64,000 nucleotides of DNA from Bacteroidales bacterium (GCA_028691975.1 JAQUYF010000004.1:53-64052); one strand, 5' to 3'. Numbered from the stretch's first letter, positions 49,477 to 59,553 are shown. The notes: generated by a model from the sequence alone, not told the origin. Numbers and translations: made by a program.

Positions 49477-52132
49477 ATCTATTCTATTAGCTACTCTACT
49501 ATTGCTGTTTGGTTGCGGGATAATTTCGGCGCAGCCGCAGGAACAGATTTATATCAGACAGGTGGAGGCTGACTCGCTGATTTCATTTCTGAGAAAGAAC
49601 ATATATCAGAAAGTGTATTACGTGAAAGATACGGCGGATAAAACCAATTACAGCGTAAGAGCATCTAAGGAAGAGTTCCTGACTGAGGCGTTTAGAGAGC
49701 TGAAGGTCAATGGGTATTCTGTAACGCAATATGATGGAGCGTGGTATGTGCTTAAAAATACCGGATTTGCGACAGAACTTCCGAAAGGATATTTTGATGA
49801 GGGAAAATCTTTGTCTCAAGACGAGGGTTTTCTCAACTATCTTAATACTCAAAATACCTTGGCCACATTTCGTAATAAAATTTACGAAATTGGAGAGAAG
49901 GGCAGCGGAAAGAGCGGGAAGGTTCATGTGAGAGGTTATGTAAGAGATGTGACAACAGGAGAACCGATTGTAGGAGTGTCTGTTTATGACTCTCAAGGCA
50001 AATCATACGCTCAGACCGATGAGTATGGATTCTATAATATTTTACTCTCGGTAGGAGAGCATGAACTCGGATTCAGCGGCTATTCACTTGAAGACACGAA
50101 GCTCAATCTGATAGTCTATGATGATGGAGGACTTGACGTGGTGATGAAAGAGAAGGTATATGCTTTGACAGGGGCAGTGATCTCTTCGGAAAGCACCGCT
50201 AATCACAGAAGCAATAAGATTGGAATTGAAAAAGTCAGGGTCGATAGAATTAAACACATTCCCACCGTATTCGGAGAAGCGGATGTGTTAAAGGCGGTAC
50301 TTACTTTACCCGGTGTTAAATCGGTAGGTGAGGCTTCAAGCGGTTTCAATGTCCGTGGAGGGTCAACCGACCAGAATTTGATTCTCTTCAATGATGGAAC
50401 CGTCTATAACCCGAGCCACATGTTCGGTTTGTTTTCCGCATTCAATGCGGACGTAATAAATGATATAGAACTGTATAAAAGCTCCATACCGACAGAATAT
50501 GGTGGGCGTATCTCTTCAGTGCTTGAGGTTAAGGGACGAGAGGGGAACAGCAAAAAGATCAAAGGTTCGCTCGGCCTTGGGCTGCTGACAAGCCGCTTTC
50601 ATTTAGAAGGGCCTATTGTTAAGGATAAGACAACATTTATCATTGGAGGCAGGACCACTTATTCGGACTGGATATTGAATCTCCTACCGGAAAGCAGTGG
50701 ATATGCCAATGGAACGGCCTCATTTTATGATATTAATGCAAGTGTAAGCCATAAAGTAAATGAGAGCAATACTATTCAGGTGTATGGTTATTATTCTCAT
50801 GATGGCTTCAAATTCAGCAATGATACTACTTTCAGATATCAGAATATCAATGCTTCCGTCAAATGGAGAAGTCTGTTTAACGAAAAGAACAGTATGACGG
50901 TATCCGCCGGATATGATCAGTACGGATATAGCATCGAAGACACCTTTAATGCGGCAGCTTCCTACTCTTTGGCGACATTGATAAGACAGGGATTTTTGAA
51001 GGTGAACTTCAAGTCCATCATGAGTGAAAGACATACTTTGACTTACGGATTGAATTCGTTGTACTATAATTTGAAGCCGGGTATGTATCACCCGTTGGGA
51101 GCAGAGTCTCTGATACTGTCAAAGGATCTGGATACTGAAGAGGCAATAGAATCAGCACTCTTTGTGAGTGACACATGGCAGATTACCGACAAACTTTCTT
51201 TGGATGGGGGTATCAGATATTCTCTCTATACTGCACTTAATCCATTCAAGTATTACGGAGGCCCTGAAATAAGAGTATCCGGAAAATATTCATTTACTGA
51301 TAAAATCTCCATCAAGGCAGGATTTAACAGTATGAGGCAGTATATACACATGATATCCAATACTACGACAATCTCTCCAACAGATACATGGAAACTTTCC
51401 GGTAAGGATGTTAAACCTCAGGATGGATGGCAGGCGGCTACAGGGTTTTATTGGACGTTTGCCGAAAATAAAATAGACATGTCTGTGGAGGGGTACTACA
51501 AGAAGACAAATAACTACCTCGATTATAAAAGTGGAGCTATCCTTTCTATGAATGAAAACCTTGCCGACGATTTGGTTCAGGTAGAAGGAAAAGCATACGG
51601 AGTCGAATTGATGCTTAAGAAGCCGTTAGGCAAGCTTAACGGTTGGGTTTCATACAGCTATTCAAGGACATTGCTTCGCGAAATGGAGGATAGAGGATCG
51701 GCTACTATTAATGAAGGCAAATGGTATCCGGCTTCTCATGACAAGCCGCATGATATAAAAGTTGTTGCAAATTATAAGTTCACCCACAGATACAGTATTT
51801 CGGCCAATTTGGACTATTCGACGGGAAGACCGGTCACTATTCCGGTAAGCAAGTATTACTACGCAGGAGGATACAGATTGTACTATTCCAACAGGAATGC
51901 ATACAGAATTCCGGATTATTTTAGACTTGACCTTGCCGTAAATATTGAGCCTGGACACTATCTGAAGCAGCTAACGCACTTGTCTGTGACGTTTGGCGTG
52001 TATAATGTGACAGGCAGAAAAAACGCATATTCAATATATTACACTACGGATGAAGGGAAGAGCGTTCACGGTAATATGCTCTCTGTCTTCGCCACACAGA
52101 TTCCTTACATCAATCTTAATCTTAAATTCTAA
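49454..52132 (+). CDS. TonB-dependent outer-membrane receptor with an N-terminal extension and a carboxypeptidase-regulatory-like domain
   Basis: Signal peptide, a CarboxypepD_reg-like segment (VRGYVRDVTTGEPIVGVSVYD), a plug (FNVRGGSTDQNLILFNDG) and a beta-barrel ending in Phe (NLNLKF). Confidence 0.88.
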   Translation: MNRAMRNKSILLATLLLLFGCGIISAQPQEQIYIRQVEADSLISFLRKNIYQKVYYVKDTADKTNYSVRASKEEFLTEAFRELKVNGYSVTQYDGAWYVLKNTGFATELPKGYFDEGKSLSQDEGFLNYLNTQNTLATFRNKIYEIGEKGSGKSGKVHVRGYVRDVTTGEPIVGVSVYDSQGKSYAQTDEYGFYNILLSVGEHELGFSGYSLEDTKLNLIVYDDGGLDVVMKEKVYALTGAVISSESTANHRSNKIGIEKVRVDRIKHIPTVFGEADVLKAVLTLPGVKSVGEASSGFNVRGGSTDQNLILFNDGTVYNPSHMFGLFSAFNADVINDIELYKSSIPTEYGGRISSVLEVKGREGNSKKIKGSLGLGLLTSRFHLEGPIVKDKTTFIIGGRTTYSDWILNLLPESSGYANGTASFYDINASVSHKVNESNTIQVYGYYSHDGFKFSNDTTFRYQNINASVKWRSLFNEKNSMTVSAGYDQYGYSIEDTFNAAASYSLATLIRQGFLKVNFKSIMSERHTLTYGLNSLYYNLKPGMYHPLGAESLILSKDLDTEEAIESALFVSDTWQITDKLSLDGGIRYSLYTALNPFKYYGGPEIRVSGKYSFTDKISIKAGFNSMRQYIHMISNTTTISPTDTWKLSGKDVKPQDGWQAATGFYWTFAENKIDMSVEGYYKKTNNYLDYKSGAILSMNENLADDLVQVEGKAYGVELMLKKPLGKLNGWVSYSYSRTLLREMEDRGSATINEGKWYPASHDKPHDIKVVANYKFTHRYSISANLDYSTGRPVTIPVSKYYYAGGYRLYYSNRNAYRIPDYFRLDLAVNIEPGHYLKQLTHLSVTFGVYNVTGRKNAYSIYYTTDEGKSVHGNMLSVFATQIPYINLNLKF

Positions 52133-53292
52133 TGAACAGAAAGTTAATTATATTCGGTTTACTGATATTCTTGTTCTTGGCAGATAGTTGTATTTATCCG
52201 TTTGAACCGGAAGGAATTGATCAGACATCAGGCATTCTTGTGATCGAAGGAGATATTATCGCAGGAGGTGAATCTCAGTTTAAAGTATCTGTTTCTCAAG
52301 AACTTGATGATAAAAAAGCCCCGAAGACAGTCTATTATCAATTAATAATTGAAAATGACGAGGGAGATGAGTTAACAGCAGAGCCTTCGCGTACCGGAGT
52401 AACTCTTCTTGATACAAAAAGTGTTGAGATAGGCAAGAAATACAGGGTGCATGTAAAAACCCTTGACAGTAAAGGTGTGACAAAGGAGCAGTATTATTCC
52501 GAGTGGTTGGAAGTTAAGCAGGCTCCTGCCATTGACAGCATCTCTTTTTTCCCTGACGAAGAGCGAGAGGCTATGTACTTTTATATAAGTACACACGGGG
52601 ATGATACTCAAACATATTACAAATGGGACTATAAAGAAGATTGGGAGTATCATTCTGCTTTTGTTTCCGAGTTGGAGTACAATCAGTTGACCAATACCGT
52701 CTCCAGTATTTTGGGAATACGTAATAGATATTATTGCTGGAATAATGCTGAGTCATCGCAAATTTTAATTGGTAATACATCGGATGCAAGTGAAAACCGG
52801 CTTATAAAACACGAACTTTATTCTATATCCAAATATTCCCTGAAAATATCTTATATTTATTCTGTTGAACTGACACAAAAGGCAATTACTGCGGAGGCTT
52901 ACAATTATTGGCAGACACTTTCAAAGAATTCCGATGATGCAGGCGGTCTGTTTTCTCCCCAGCCAAGCGAGTTGAGAGGTAATTATTATAATCCGAAAGA
53001 CAGTTTGGAAGTTGTGCTTGGATATGTGAGTGCTACTACGATTGCAAAACAGCGAATGTATGTTAGAAATGCAGATATTTTATTCTGGAAAAATCTGGAA
53101 CAATGCGCCATGGCAATTGTGATTCCACGAGATGAGTGGTATAATTATTACAAGAGCGGCTATGATGTGCTTTTTGAAGAAGAACTCGATGGAGCAACTA
53201 ATATCTATTGGGCGGAAACACGCTGTGTAGATTGTCGTTCTTTAGGTGGAACCAAAACGAAACCTTCATTTTGGCCGAACAATCATGATTAA
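52132..53292 (+). CDS. DUF4249-like lipoprotein
   Basis: Lipobox LFLADSC. It overlaps the TonB-receptor stop (TAATG), the usual position of DUF4249 partners. The family assignment is from memory of the sequence pattern. Confidence 0.6.
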   Translation: MNRKLIIFGLLIFLFLADSCIYPFEPEGIDQTSGILVIEGDIIAGGESQFKVSVSQELDDKKAPKTVYYQLIIENDEGDELTAEPSRTGVTLLDTKSVEIGKKYRVHVKTLDSKGVTKEQYYSEWLEVKQAPAIDSISFFPDEEREAMYFYISTHGDDTQTYYKWDYKEDWEYHSAFVSELEYNQLTNTVSSILGIRNRYYCWNNAESSQILIGNTSDASENRLIKHELYSISKYSLKISYIYSVELTQKAITAEAYNYWQTLSKNSDDAGGLFSPQPSELRGNYYNPKDSLEVVLGYVSATTIAKQRMYVRNADILFWKNLEQCAMAIVIPRDEWYNYYKSGYDVLFEEELDGATNIYWAETRCVDCRSLGGTKTKPSFWPNNHD

Positions 53293-53308
53293 AGAGGAGG
53301 ATTACAAG

Positions 53309-55045
53309 ATGAAAAAAATATTTACAATTATCACGCTTTTACTTGCATTTTTTTCTGTTTCTGCGCAGCAGCGGGTTGCGGAGAGAACGTATATATCAAC
53401 CGATAAGGAAAACTACGTAGCAGGAGAGGCTCTATGGTGTTCGGCTTATTGCCTTGACATTACTGCGGACAATGAGGACAATGTGTTTTCCAATATGAGC
53501 AGCATAGTCTATTTGGAACTGCATTCGGCAGCAGGGATTGCTCAGACAGGCAAGATCGCCCTTATCAATGGTCGAGGTGCCGGTAAAATCATCCTTGCTC
53601 CCAATCTCCCTACCGGAAACTACAAGTTGATTGCATATACGGCACAAAATAAAAATGAAGTTGGGTATGGGTACGATGTGCCATGGGCGAAGACTGTTTC
53701 TATTTTCAACACCTTGACAAAAGATAGGGTTTCAGATGGAGTAAAGGTCGTTGAGGATGATGAATATGCCCGTCTTTCCGCGGTGGAGGAAAAGGCAGAA
53801 ACGACTCAAAAGGTATATGCCGTTCTGCCGGGGAATATCCGTTTTTCAAGATCTTCGTCTATTCCGATAAGATTGGAAAACAGTACGAAAGATGCGGTTT
53901 CGCTAAGTGTGTCGATTTATCATGATGACGGGATTCTTTCTACCGAAGCACCGGTGATAACTGACTTTGTACATGATATTAATGCTGTGGGAAAAGGAAT
54001 AATCCGATTTGAAAACAATGTGCTTCCGGAGTATGAAGGAGAGATTATTCAGGGAAAGATATCAGGTCCGGATGCTGCAAGAATATCCGAATTTAATGAT
54101 AAATATGCTTTTCTTTCCGTTCCGAACGAGCAGTCGGATGTTTATTCGTCAACTATTGCCGATGACGGAAAGATGACATTCTTTACCAACAATATTTATG
54201 GAGATAAAGAGATTGTATGTGAAATTGACGGAATAGATTCAGCTTACAGATGTCATATTGAGATTGAGACGCCATTTGTTAATGCTAATGTCGGCGATAT
54301 ACCGACTCTTATGCTTTGCAGAGATTTGGGAGACAAACTTACACAACGAGGCATTGCAATGCAGATAGAGAGGCGTTTTGCAGCAGACACCCTATATGAA
54401 TACCTTCCTGTTCGAGAGAATCCTCTTCTTCAGGAGTCGGACAGAATAAGATATATTTTGGATGACTACACGAGATTTCCACTTATGGAAGAGGTGTTGA
54501 TTGAGTTTGTGGAGCAAGTAAGGGCTCGGAAAAAAGAAGACGGTAAACGTGATATTCAGGTTAGAATGGAAGACGCATTCAGAGAGTTCTATTTTGCAAG
54601 AAAGACATCTCTGATGATGCTTGACGGCATTCCGATCTTTGATCATGAGAAGATTTACAGATATGATCCGCTATTGGTGGAGACCTTGGATATTTACCCT
54701 TACAGATATTTTGTAGGGAAAAGGCAGTTTGACGGCATAGTCAATTTTACAACATACAAACATAATTTACCATCCATGACTTTCGGAGAAAATGTCCGTA
54801 TCATCAATTTCCAGGGGGCTGCTTTTCCGCTCGCATATACTTGTGAGTCAATACTTGGAAGTACAGAATACCCTGATTACAGAGAGACTGTCTACTGGCA
54901 TCCGATAGTCAATATCCAAGGGGGACAATCTGTGGAACTTAACTGTATTACGCCCGCCTATAGTGGTAGTTTTGTAGTCGTTATTGAGGGTCTGACCTCA
55001 AAAGGCGAAGCAATCTATGAAAGAAGTTCTTTTAAAGTTGATTAG
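53309..55045 (+). CDS. Hypothetical exported protein, 578 aa, with an MG2-like N-terminal domain
   Basis: Signal peptide MKKIFTIITLLLAFFSVSAQ. The N-terminal TDKENYVAGEALW resembles the alpha-2-macroglobulin MG2 motif. Confidence 0.6.
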   Translation: MKKIFTIITLLLAFFSVSAQQRVAERTYISTDKENYVAGEALWCSAYCLDITADNEDNVFSNMSSIVYLELHSAAGIAQTGKIALINGRGAGKIILAPNLPTGNYKLIAYTAQNKNEVGYGYDVPWAKTVSIFNTLTKDRVSDGVKVVEDDEYARLSAVEEKAETTQKVYAVLPGNIRFSRSSSIPIRLENSTKDAVSLSVSIYHDDGILSTEAPVITDFVHDINAVGKGIIRFENNVLPEYEGEIIQGKISGPDAARISEFNDKYAFLSVPNEQSDVYSSTIADDGKMTFFTNNIYGDKEIVCEIDGIDSAYRCHIEIETPFVNANVGDIPTLMLCRDLGDKLTQRGIAMQIERRFAADTLYEYLPVRENPLLQESDRIRYILDDYTRFPLMEEVLIEFVEQVRARKKEDGKRDIQVRMEDAFREFYFARKTSLMMLDGIPIFDHEKIYRYDPLLVETLDIYPYRYFVGKRQFDGIVNFTTYKHNLPSMTFGENVRIINFQGAAFPLAYTCESILGSTEYPDYRETVYWHPIVNIQGGQSVELNCITPAYSGSFVVVIEGLTSKGEAIYERSSFKVD

Positions 55046-55069
55046 ATAATCAATTTTGTTTAAAACTTG

Positions 55070-55100
55070 TTTGTAAATAGGAATAATTGTCTTATCTTTG
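55070..55100 (+). promoter_or_regulatory. Promoter of the rpsL-rpsG-fusA-rpsJ operon (-33 TTTG plus -7 TATCTTTG)
   Basis: TTTG at 55070..55073 and TATCTTTG at 55093..55100, with a 19-nt spacer. It lies 52 nt upstream of the rpsL ATG. Confidence 0.65.
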
Positions 55101-55152
55101 CATCCCGCAAAATGCGGAAATAAATACATAAATAAAAGATTAACAACTATTT

Positions 55153-55536
55153 ATGCCAACAATTCAACAATTAGTTCGCAAAGGACGCGAGGTTATCGTA
55201 GAGAAAAGTAAATCTCGCGCATTGGATGCTTGTCCTCAAAGGCGTGGTGTATGTGTACGTGTTTACACAACAACACCTAAAAAGCCTAACTCAGCTATGC
55301 GTAAAGTAGCTCGTGTTAGACTTACCAACCAAAAAGAGGTCAATGCATACATCCCCGGAGAAGGACACAACTTGCAGGAGCACTCAATCGTATTGGTGCG
55401 CGGCGGTCGTGTTAAGGACCTACCGGGTGTACGTTATCACATCCTTAGAGGTGCATTGGATACTGCAGGCGTAGAGGGAAGGACTCAAAGTCGTTCTCTA
55501 TACGGAGCAAAGAGACCAAAAGCTCCTAAGAAGTAA
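55153..55536 (+). CDS. rpsL: 30S ribosomal protein S12
   Basis: [12 protein letters not shown] and [11 protein letters not shown] motifs. Confidence 0.98.
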   Translation: MPTIQQLVRKGREVIVEKSKSRALDACPQRRGVCVRVYTTTPKKPNSAMRKVARVRLTNQKEVNAYIPGEGHNLQEHSIVLVRGGRVKDLPGVRYHILRGALDTAGVEGRTQSRSLYGAKRPKAPKK

Positions 55537-55572
55537 TTTTATTATTAACAACACTTTTTAAATTAAAAGAAA

Positions 55573-56049
55573 ATGAGAAAAACGAAGCCTAAAAAGAGGA
55601 TTCTACTTCCTGATCCAAAATTTCACGATGTTCAAGTAACTCGTTTCGTGAATAATCTTATGTTGCAGGGGAAGAAGAGTATCGCTTATTCTATTTTTTA
55701 CGATGCGATCGATATGATCGGCGAGAAGATGAAAGATTCTGACAAGGCTCCTCTCGAGATTTGGAAAAAAGCTTTGGAAAACATCACTCCGCAGGTTGAG
55801 GTAAAAAGCCGCAGAGTTGGTGGTGCGAACTTCCAGGTTCCTACAGAGGTGCGTCCGGAAAGGAAAGTCTCCATCAGTATGAAGAATATGGTTCTCTACG
55901 CCCGTAAACGTTCCGGCCACTCTATGGCAGAAAAGTTGGCTGCTGAAATAATGGCTGCATATAACAGTGAAGGTGCAGCATTTAAGAGAAAAGAAGATAT
56001 GCATAAAATGGCTGAAGCCAATAAGGCTTTTGCCCATTTCCGTTTCTAA
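55573..56049 (+). CDS. rpsG: 30S ribosomal protein S7
   Basis: A 158-aa protein with [22 protein letters not shown] and a KAFAHFR tail. Confidence 0.98.
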   Translation: MRKTKPKKRILLPDPKFHDVQVTRFVNNLMLQGKKSIAYSIFYDAIDMIGEKMKDSDKAPLEIWKKALENITPQVEVKSRRVGGANFQVPTEVRPERKVSISMKNMVLYARKRSGHSMAEKLAAEIMAAYNSEGAAFKRKEDMHKMAEANKAFAHFRF

Positions 56050-56058
56050 TAAAAATAC

Positions 56059-58179
56059 ATGGCAAGAGATCTTAATTATACAAGAAATATTGGTATCATG
56101 GCTCACATTGATGCCGGTAAGACCACAACCTCAGAGCGTATTCTCTACTATACTGGTAAGACACACCAGATAGGAGAGGTGCATGACGGGGCTGCTACCA
56201 TGGACTGGATGGTTCAGGAGCAGGAAAGGGGTATTACCATTACATCTGCCGCTACAACGGCATTTTGGCACTACAATAATGAGCAATACCAAATTAATTT
56301 GATTGACACCCCGGGTCACGTTGATTTTACCGTTGAGGTAGAGCGTTCGTTGCGTGTGCTTGATGGAACAATCGCTACTTTTTGTGCGGTTGGGCGTGTT
56401 CAGCCTCAATCTGAGACTGTTTGGCGTCAGGCCGACAAGTATCATGTCCCAAAGATTGCATACGTTAACAAAATGGACCGTACCGGAGCCGATTTTCTTG
56501 CTGTGGTAGAGGAAATAAACGAAAAGTTGGGAGCACGCTCGGTGCCAATCTGCCTCCCGATAGGAGCAGAAGATAATTTTCAGGGAATTATAGATCTTAT
56601 CTCAAAGAAGGCCTTATATTACCACGATGGTAAAGATTTGGTTAATTATGATATAAGAGAGATTCCGGCCGATATGGCAGCAGAAGTTGAGGAGTGGAGA
56701 GGAAAGCTTATCGAGTCAGTTGCAGAGTATAACGATGTGATTCTTGAGAAGTTTTTTGACAATCCGGATTCAATTTCCGAAGAGGAGATAATTGATGCTT
56801 TGAGAAAAGCAACAGTTGACATGGCGGTAGTCCCTACATGCTGTGGCTCATCTTTCAAGAATAAAGGTGTTCAGTTTTTGTTGGATGCTGTGGTAAGGTA
56901 CCTGCCATCTCCGCTTGATAAGGGGAGTGTTACAGGTAAAGATCCGCGCGACGACAAAGATCTTGTTCGCCGTCCTACTCCGGAAGATCCATTCTGCGCT
57001 TTGGTATTCAAGATTGCCACTGATCCCCATGTTGGTCGTTTAGCCTTTATTAGAGTCTATTCAGGTAGATTAGATTCGGGTTCGTATGTTTTAAATACGC
57101 GCTCAGGTAAGAAAGAACGTGTCGCAAGACTGTATCAAATGCACTCTAACAAGCAAAATCCTATTGAATTTGTTGAAGCGGGTGATATTTGCGCTGCGGT
57201 CGGTTTTAAAGAATTGCGCACGGGAGATACTATATGTAGAGAAGATAAGCCGATTGTGCTTGAGTCTATGACATTCCCTGATCCGGTTATCGGATTGGCT
57301 GTCGAGCCCAAGACACAAAAGGATCTTGATAAACTCGGTATTGCTCTCGGCAAATTGTCTGAAGAGGATCCTACATTTACAGTTCAGACCAACACTGAAA
57401 CAGGTCAAACGATCATCAGTGGAATGGGAGAACTTCACTTGGACATCATTGTTGACCGTCTTCGCCGTGAATTTGGCGTTGAGATTAACCAGGGTGCACC
57501 GCAAGTCAACTATAAGGAGGCTATCACTACCAAATGTCAGCATAGAGAATTATTCAAAAAGCAGTCTGGCGGTAGGGGTAAGTTTGCCGATATCATCGTT
57601 GAAATTGGTCCTGCAGACGCAGGAGTTTCAGGACTTCAGTTTGTCGATGAGGTTAAGGGCGGTAATATTCCTCGTGAGTTTATCCCTGCGGTAGAGAAAG
57701 GATTTAAGTCTGCAATGGCAAATGGTGTTTTAGCAGGTTATGAGTTGACCGCTATGAAGGTTAGACTTCTTGACGGTTCATTCCATCCTGTTGACTCAGA
57801 TGCTCTTTCATTTGAAATTTGCGCCCGTCAGGCATTCCGAAAGGCTGTGCCTAAGTGCGGACCTGTTTTAATGGAGCCTATTATGTCTCTGGAGGTTGTT
57901 ACTCCTGAAGATTATATGGGAGATGTGGTCGGAGATCTTAATCGCCGTAGAGGACAGATTGTCGATATGGATTCTAAAGGCAATGCAAGAATCGTCAAAG
58001 CAAAAGTTCCGCTTGCAGAGCAGTTTGGTTATGTCACCGTTTTGAGAACGATCTCTTCCGGTCGTGCGACAAGTACGATGGAATTCTCTCATTATGCAGA
58101 GGTTCCGACTAATATCGCCAAAGAGGTTGTTGAAAAGCAAGGTGGCAACCGCAAGCATTTTGACGAGGATGATGAATAA
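56059..58179 (+). CDS. fusA: Elongation factor G
   Basis: G motifs [17 protein letters not shown] and NKMD. Length is 706 aa. Confidence 0.98.
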   Translation: MARDLNYTRNIGIMAHIDAGKTTTSERILYYTGKTHQIGEVHDGAATMDWMVQEQERGITITSAATTAFWHYNNEQYQINLIDTPGHVDFTVEVERSLRVLDGTIATFCAVGRVQPQSETVWRQADKYHVPKIAYVNKMDRTGADFLAVVEEINEKLGARSVPICLPIGAEDNFQGIIDLISKKALYYHDGKDLVNYDIREIPADMAAEVEEWRGKLIESVAEYNDVILEKFFDNPDSISEEEIIDALRKATVDMAVVPTCCGSSFKNKGVQFLLDAVVRYLPSPLDKGSVTGKDPRDDKDLVRRPTPEDPFCALVFKIATDPHVGRLAFIRVYSGRLDSGSYVLNTRSGKKERVARLYQMHSNKQNPIEFVEAGDICAAVGFKELRTGDTICREDKPIVLESMTFPDPVIGLAVEPKTQKDLDKLGIALGKLSEEDPTFTVQTNTETGQTIISGMGELHLDIIVDRLRREFGVEINQGAPQVNYKEAITTKCQHRELFKKQSGGRGKFADIIVEIGPADAGVSGLQFVDEVKGGNIPREFIPAVEKGFKSAMANGVLAGYELTAMKVRLLDGSFHPVDSDALSFEICARQAFRKAVPKCGPVLMEPIMSLEVVTPEDYMGDVVGDLNRRRGQIVDMDSKGNARIVKAKVPLAEQFGYVTVLRTISSGRATSTMEFSHYAEVPTNIAKEVVEKQGGNRKHFDEDDE

Positions 58180-58196
58180 TTATAAAATTTACAATA

Positions 58197-58502
58197 ATGA
58201 GTCAAAAAATCAGAATTAAATTAAAATCTTACGATCATGCATTGGTTGACAAGTCAGCTGATAAGATTGTAAAGACAGTAAAAGCTACGGGTGCTGTAGT
58301 CAGTGGTCCTATTCCGCTTCCGACAGACAAGAAGATTTTTACTGTTAACCGCTCAACTTTCGTCAATAAGAAAGCCCGTGAGCAGTTTGAGCTTAATTCT
58401 TTCCGCCGTTTACTGGATATTTACAGTTCTACTCCTAAGACAGTAGATGCTCTTATGAAGTTGGAACTTCCCAGCGGTGTAGAGGTTGAGATTAAAGTTT
58501 GA
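58197..58502 (+). CDS. rpsJ: 30S ribosomal protein S10
   Basis: A 101-aa protein with [10 protein letters not shown] and SGPIPLPT. Confidence 0.98.
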   Translation: MSQKIRIKLKSYDHALVDKSADKIVKTVKATGAVVSGPIPLPTDKKIFTVNRSTFVNKKAREQFELNSFRRLLDIYSSTPKTVDALMKLELPSGVEVEIKV

Positions 58503-58527
58503 TAATTGCGGGTAGGCAAATATTGTC

Positions 58528-58535
58528 TATCTTTG
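58528..58535 (+). promoter_or_regulatory. Upstream copy of -7 box TATCTTTG (within the 11-mer TATCTTTGCAC)
   Basis: Perfect TAnnTTTG, 26 nt after the rpsJ stop. An identical 11-mer is repeated 44 nt downstream. Confidence 0.4.
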
Positions 58536-58571
58536 CACATTGGTTTATACGCCGGATAGGCGTGGAAAAAT

Positions 58572-58579
58572 TATCTTTG
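58572..58579 (+). promoter_or_regulatory. -7 promoter box TATCTTTG for tRNA(CAU)
   Basis: Perfect TAnnTTTG, 26 nt upstream of the tRNA 5' end. Confidence 0.5.
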
Positions 58580-58605
58580 CACTTTGTACATCATAGATAG
58601 TTTCA

Positions 58606-58680
58606 GGTCTCGTAGCTCAGTTGGTTAGCAGCACCTGACTCATAATCAGGGGGTCACTGGTTCAAGCCCAGTCGGGACCA
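58606..58680 (+). tRNA. tRNA with anticodon CAU (elongator Met, or Ile2 if lysidine-modified)
   Basis: Cloverleaf folded by hand: acceptor GGTCTCG/CGGGACC (one G-U pair), anticodon stem CCTGA/TCAGG with loop CTCATAA, T arm ACTGG-TTCAAGC-CCAGT. The D arm has one extra C relative to the common TAGCTCAGTTGGTTAGAGCAC pattern. Confidence 0.85.
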
Positions 58681-58691
58681 CACTTAAAATC

Positions 58692-58727
58692 AAGCACTTA
58701 CATAGTTTTGTAGGTGCTTTCTTTTTT
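58692..58727. terminator. Hairpin terminator after tRNA(CAU), possibly bidirectional (also downstream of the ECF sigma gene)
   Basis: Stem AAGCACTTAC / GTAGGTGCTT (10 bp, one G-U pair) followed by TCTTTTTT on the plus strand. An A-rich tract on the other side would give a weaker U-run on the minus strand. Confidence 0.7.
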
Positions 58728-58900
58728 AAATGGGAACACATTGTGAAAACAGAATTGCGACATATAACCTATTATTTCCGCAAAAGTGGCGTGCAGGTTT
58801 TCTTTCCCCTCTAATATTTCCAAAAATCACCAAATAGTACCTACAGGTCTATCAGTCAGGATAAGACAGTTTGATAGCCCTTTTATGCAAAAATAATAGT

Positions 58901-59443
58901 TTAAAGAAGCAATAATATAGATTTAGGAATATCTCCAAGTTCATTTCTAAGAGTCTTTATCATTTTTGATTTTCTCTTTTTTATAGTACTTTCTGAGATG
59001 CCAAGTTGTTGAGCAATTTGAGCAGTCTTTAGTCCTTGCTCAAAACTCATTTCAAATATTTGTCGATATTTTTCCGGCAGTTTGTCAATAGCAACGAACA
59101 GTTTACGCAAAGTCTCCTGTTCAATGATGCTATTGGTAATGTCTTGCTGCGTAAGTTCGATTTGACGCAAGTAGTTGTTTTTAGAGCCTGATTTACGAAT
59201 ATAACTTATGGCGCGGTTGCGAATAGATGTGTAGAGGTAAGATTTTAGTGAAGCCTCATCTGAAATCCGATCCTTTGCAAGGTATGTTTTATAAATTGAC
59301 TCTTGAACACAGTCTTCTGCAAGATATGACTGTGATTCTCCGAGCAATCTAATGGCGTAAGAGACCAAAGCAGGATAGTACTCACGATACAAGCAAGCCA
59401 TTCGGCCATTTTGAAAATCATTGTATAAAGTAAACGTCCCCAT
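58901..59443 (-). CDS. ECF-type RNA polymerase sigma-70 factor
   Basis: A 180-aa protein with region 2 (YYPALVSYAIRLL, DCVQESIYK) and a region 4 HTH (EQGLKTAQIAQQLGISESTIKKRK). Confidence 0.9.
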   Translation of the reverse strand: MGTFTLYNDFQNGRMACLYREYYPALVSYAIRLLGESQSYLAEDCVQESIYKTYLAKDRISDEASLKSYLYTSIRNRAISYIRKSGSKNNYLRQIELTQQDITNSIIEQETLRKLFVAIDKLPEKYRQIFEMSFEQGLKTAQIAQQLGISESTIKKRKSKMIKTLRNELGDIPKSILLLL

Positions 59444-59449
59444 CTATAG

Positions 59450-59457
59450 CAAAGGTA
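59450..59457 (-). promoter_or_regulatory. -7 promoter box TACCTTTG for the ECF sigma gene
   Basis: Perfect TAnnTTTG on the minus strand, 6 nt upstream of ATG 59443. Confidence 0.5.
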
Positions 59458-59513
59458 GAAGCAGTTTTGATTAAAACAAACAAATTGAATGAAAATAAGG
59501 CTTATTTGTGTTA

Positions 59514-59521
59514 TACTTTTG
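59514..59521 (+). promoter_or_regulatory. -7 promoter box TACTTTTG for the FecR-SusC unit
   Basis: Perfect TAnnTTTG, 32 nt upstream of ATG 59554. Confidence 0.5.
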
Positions 59522-59553
59522 GGGTAGAGTTGCGTTTTATTTATAATTGAAAA

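Noticed and set aside
58730-58837. 35-codon ORF (MGTHCENRIATYNLLFPQKWRAGFLSPLIFPKITK) in the spacer after the tRNA terminator
   Set aside because: It starts inside the terminator T-tract, has no promoter box, and its composition is typical of random AT-rich sequence.
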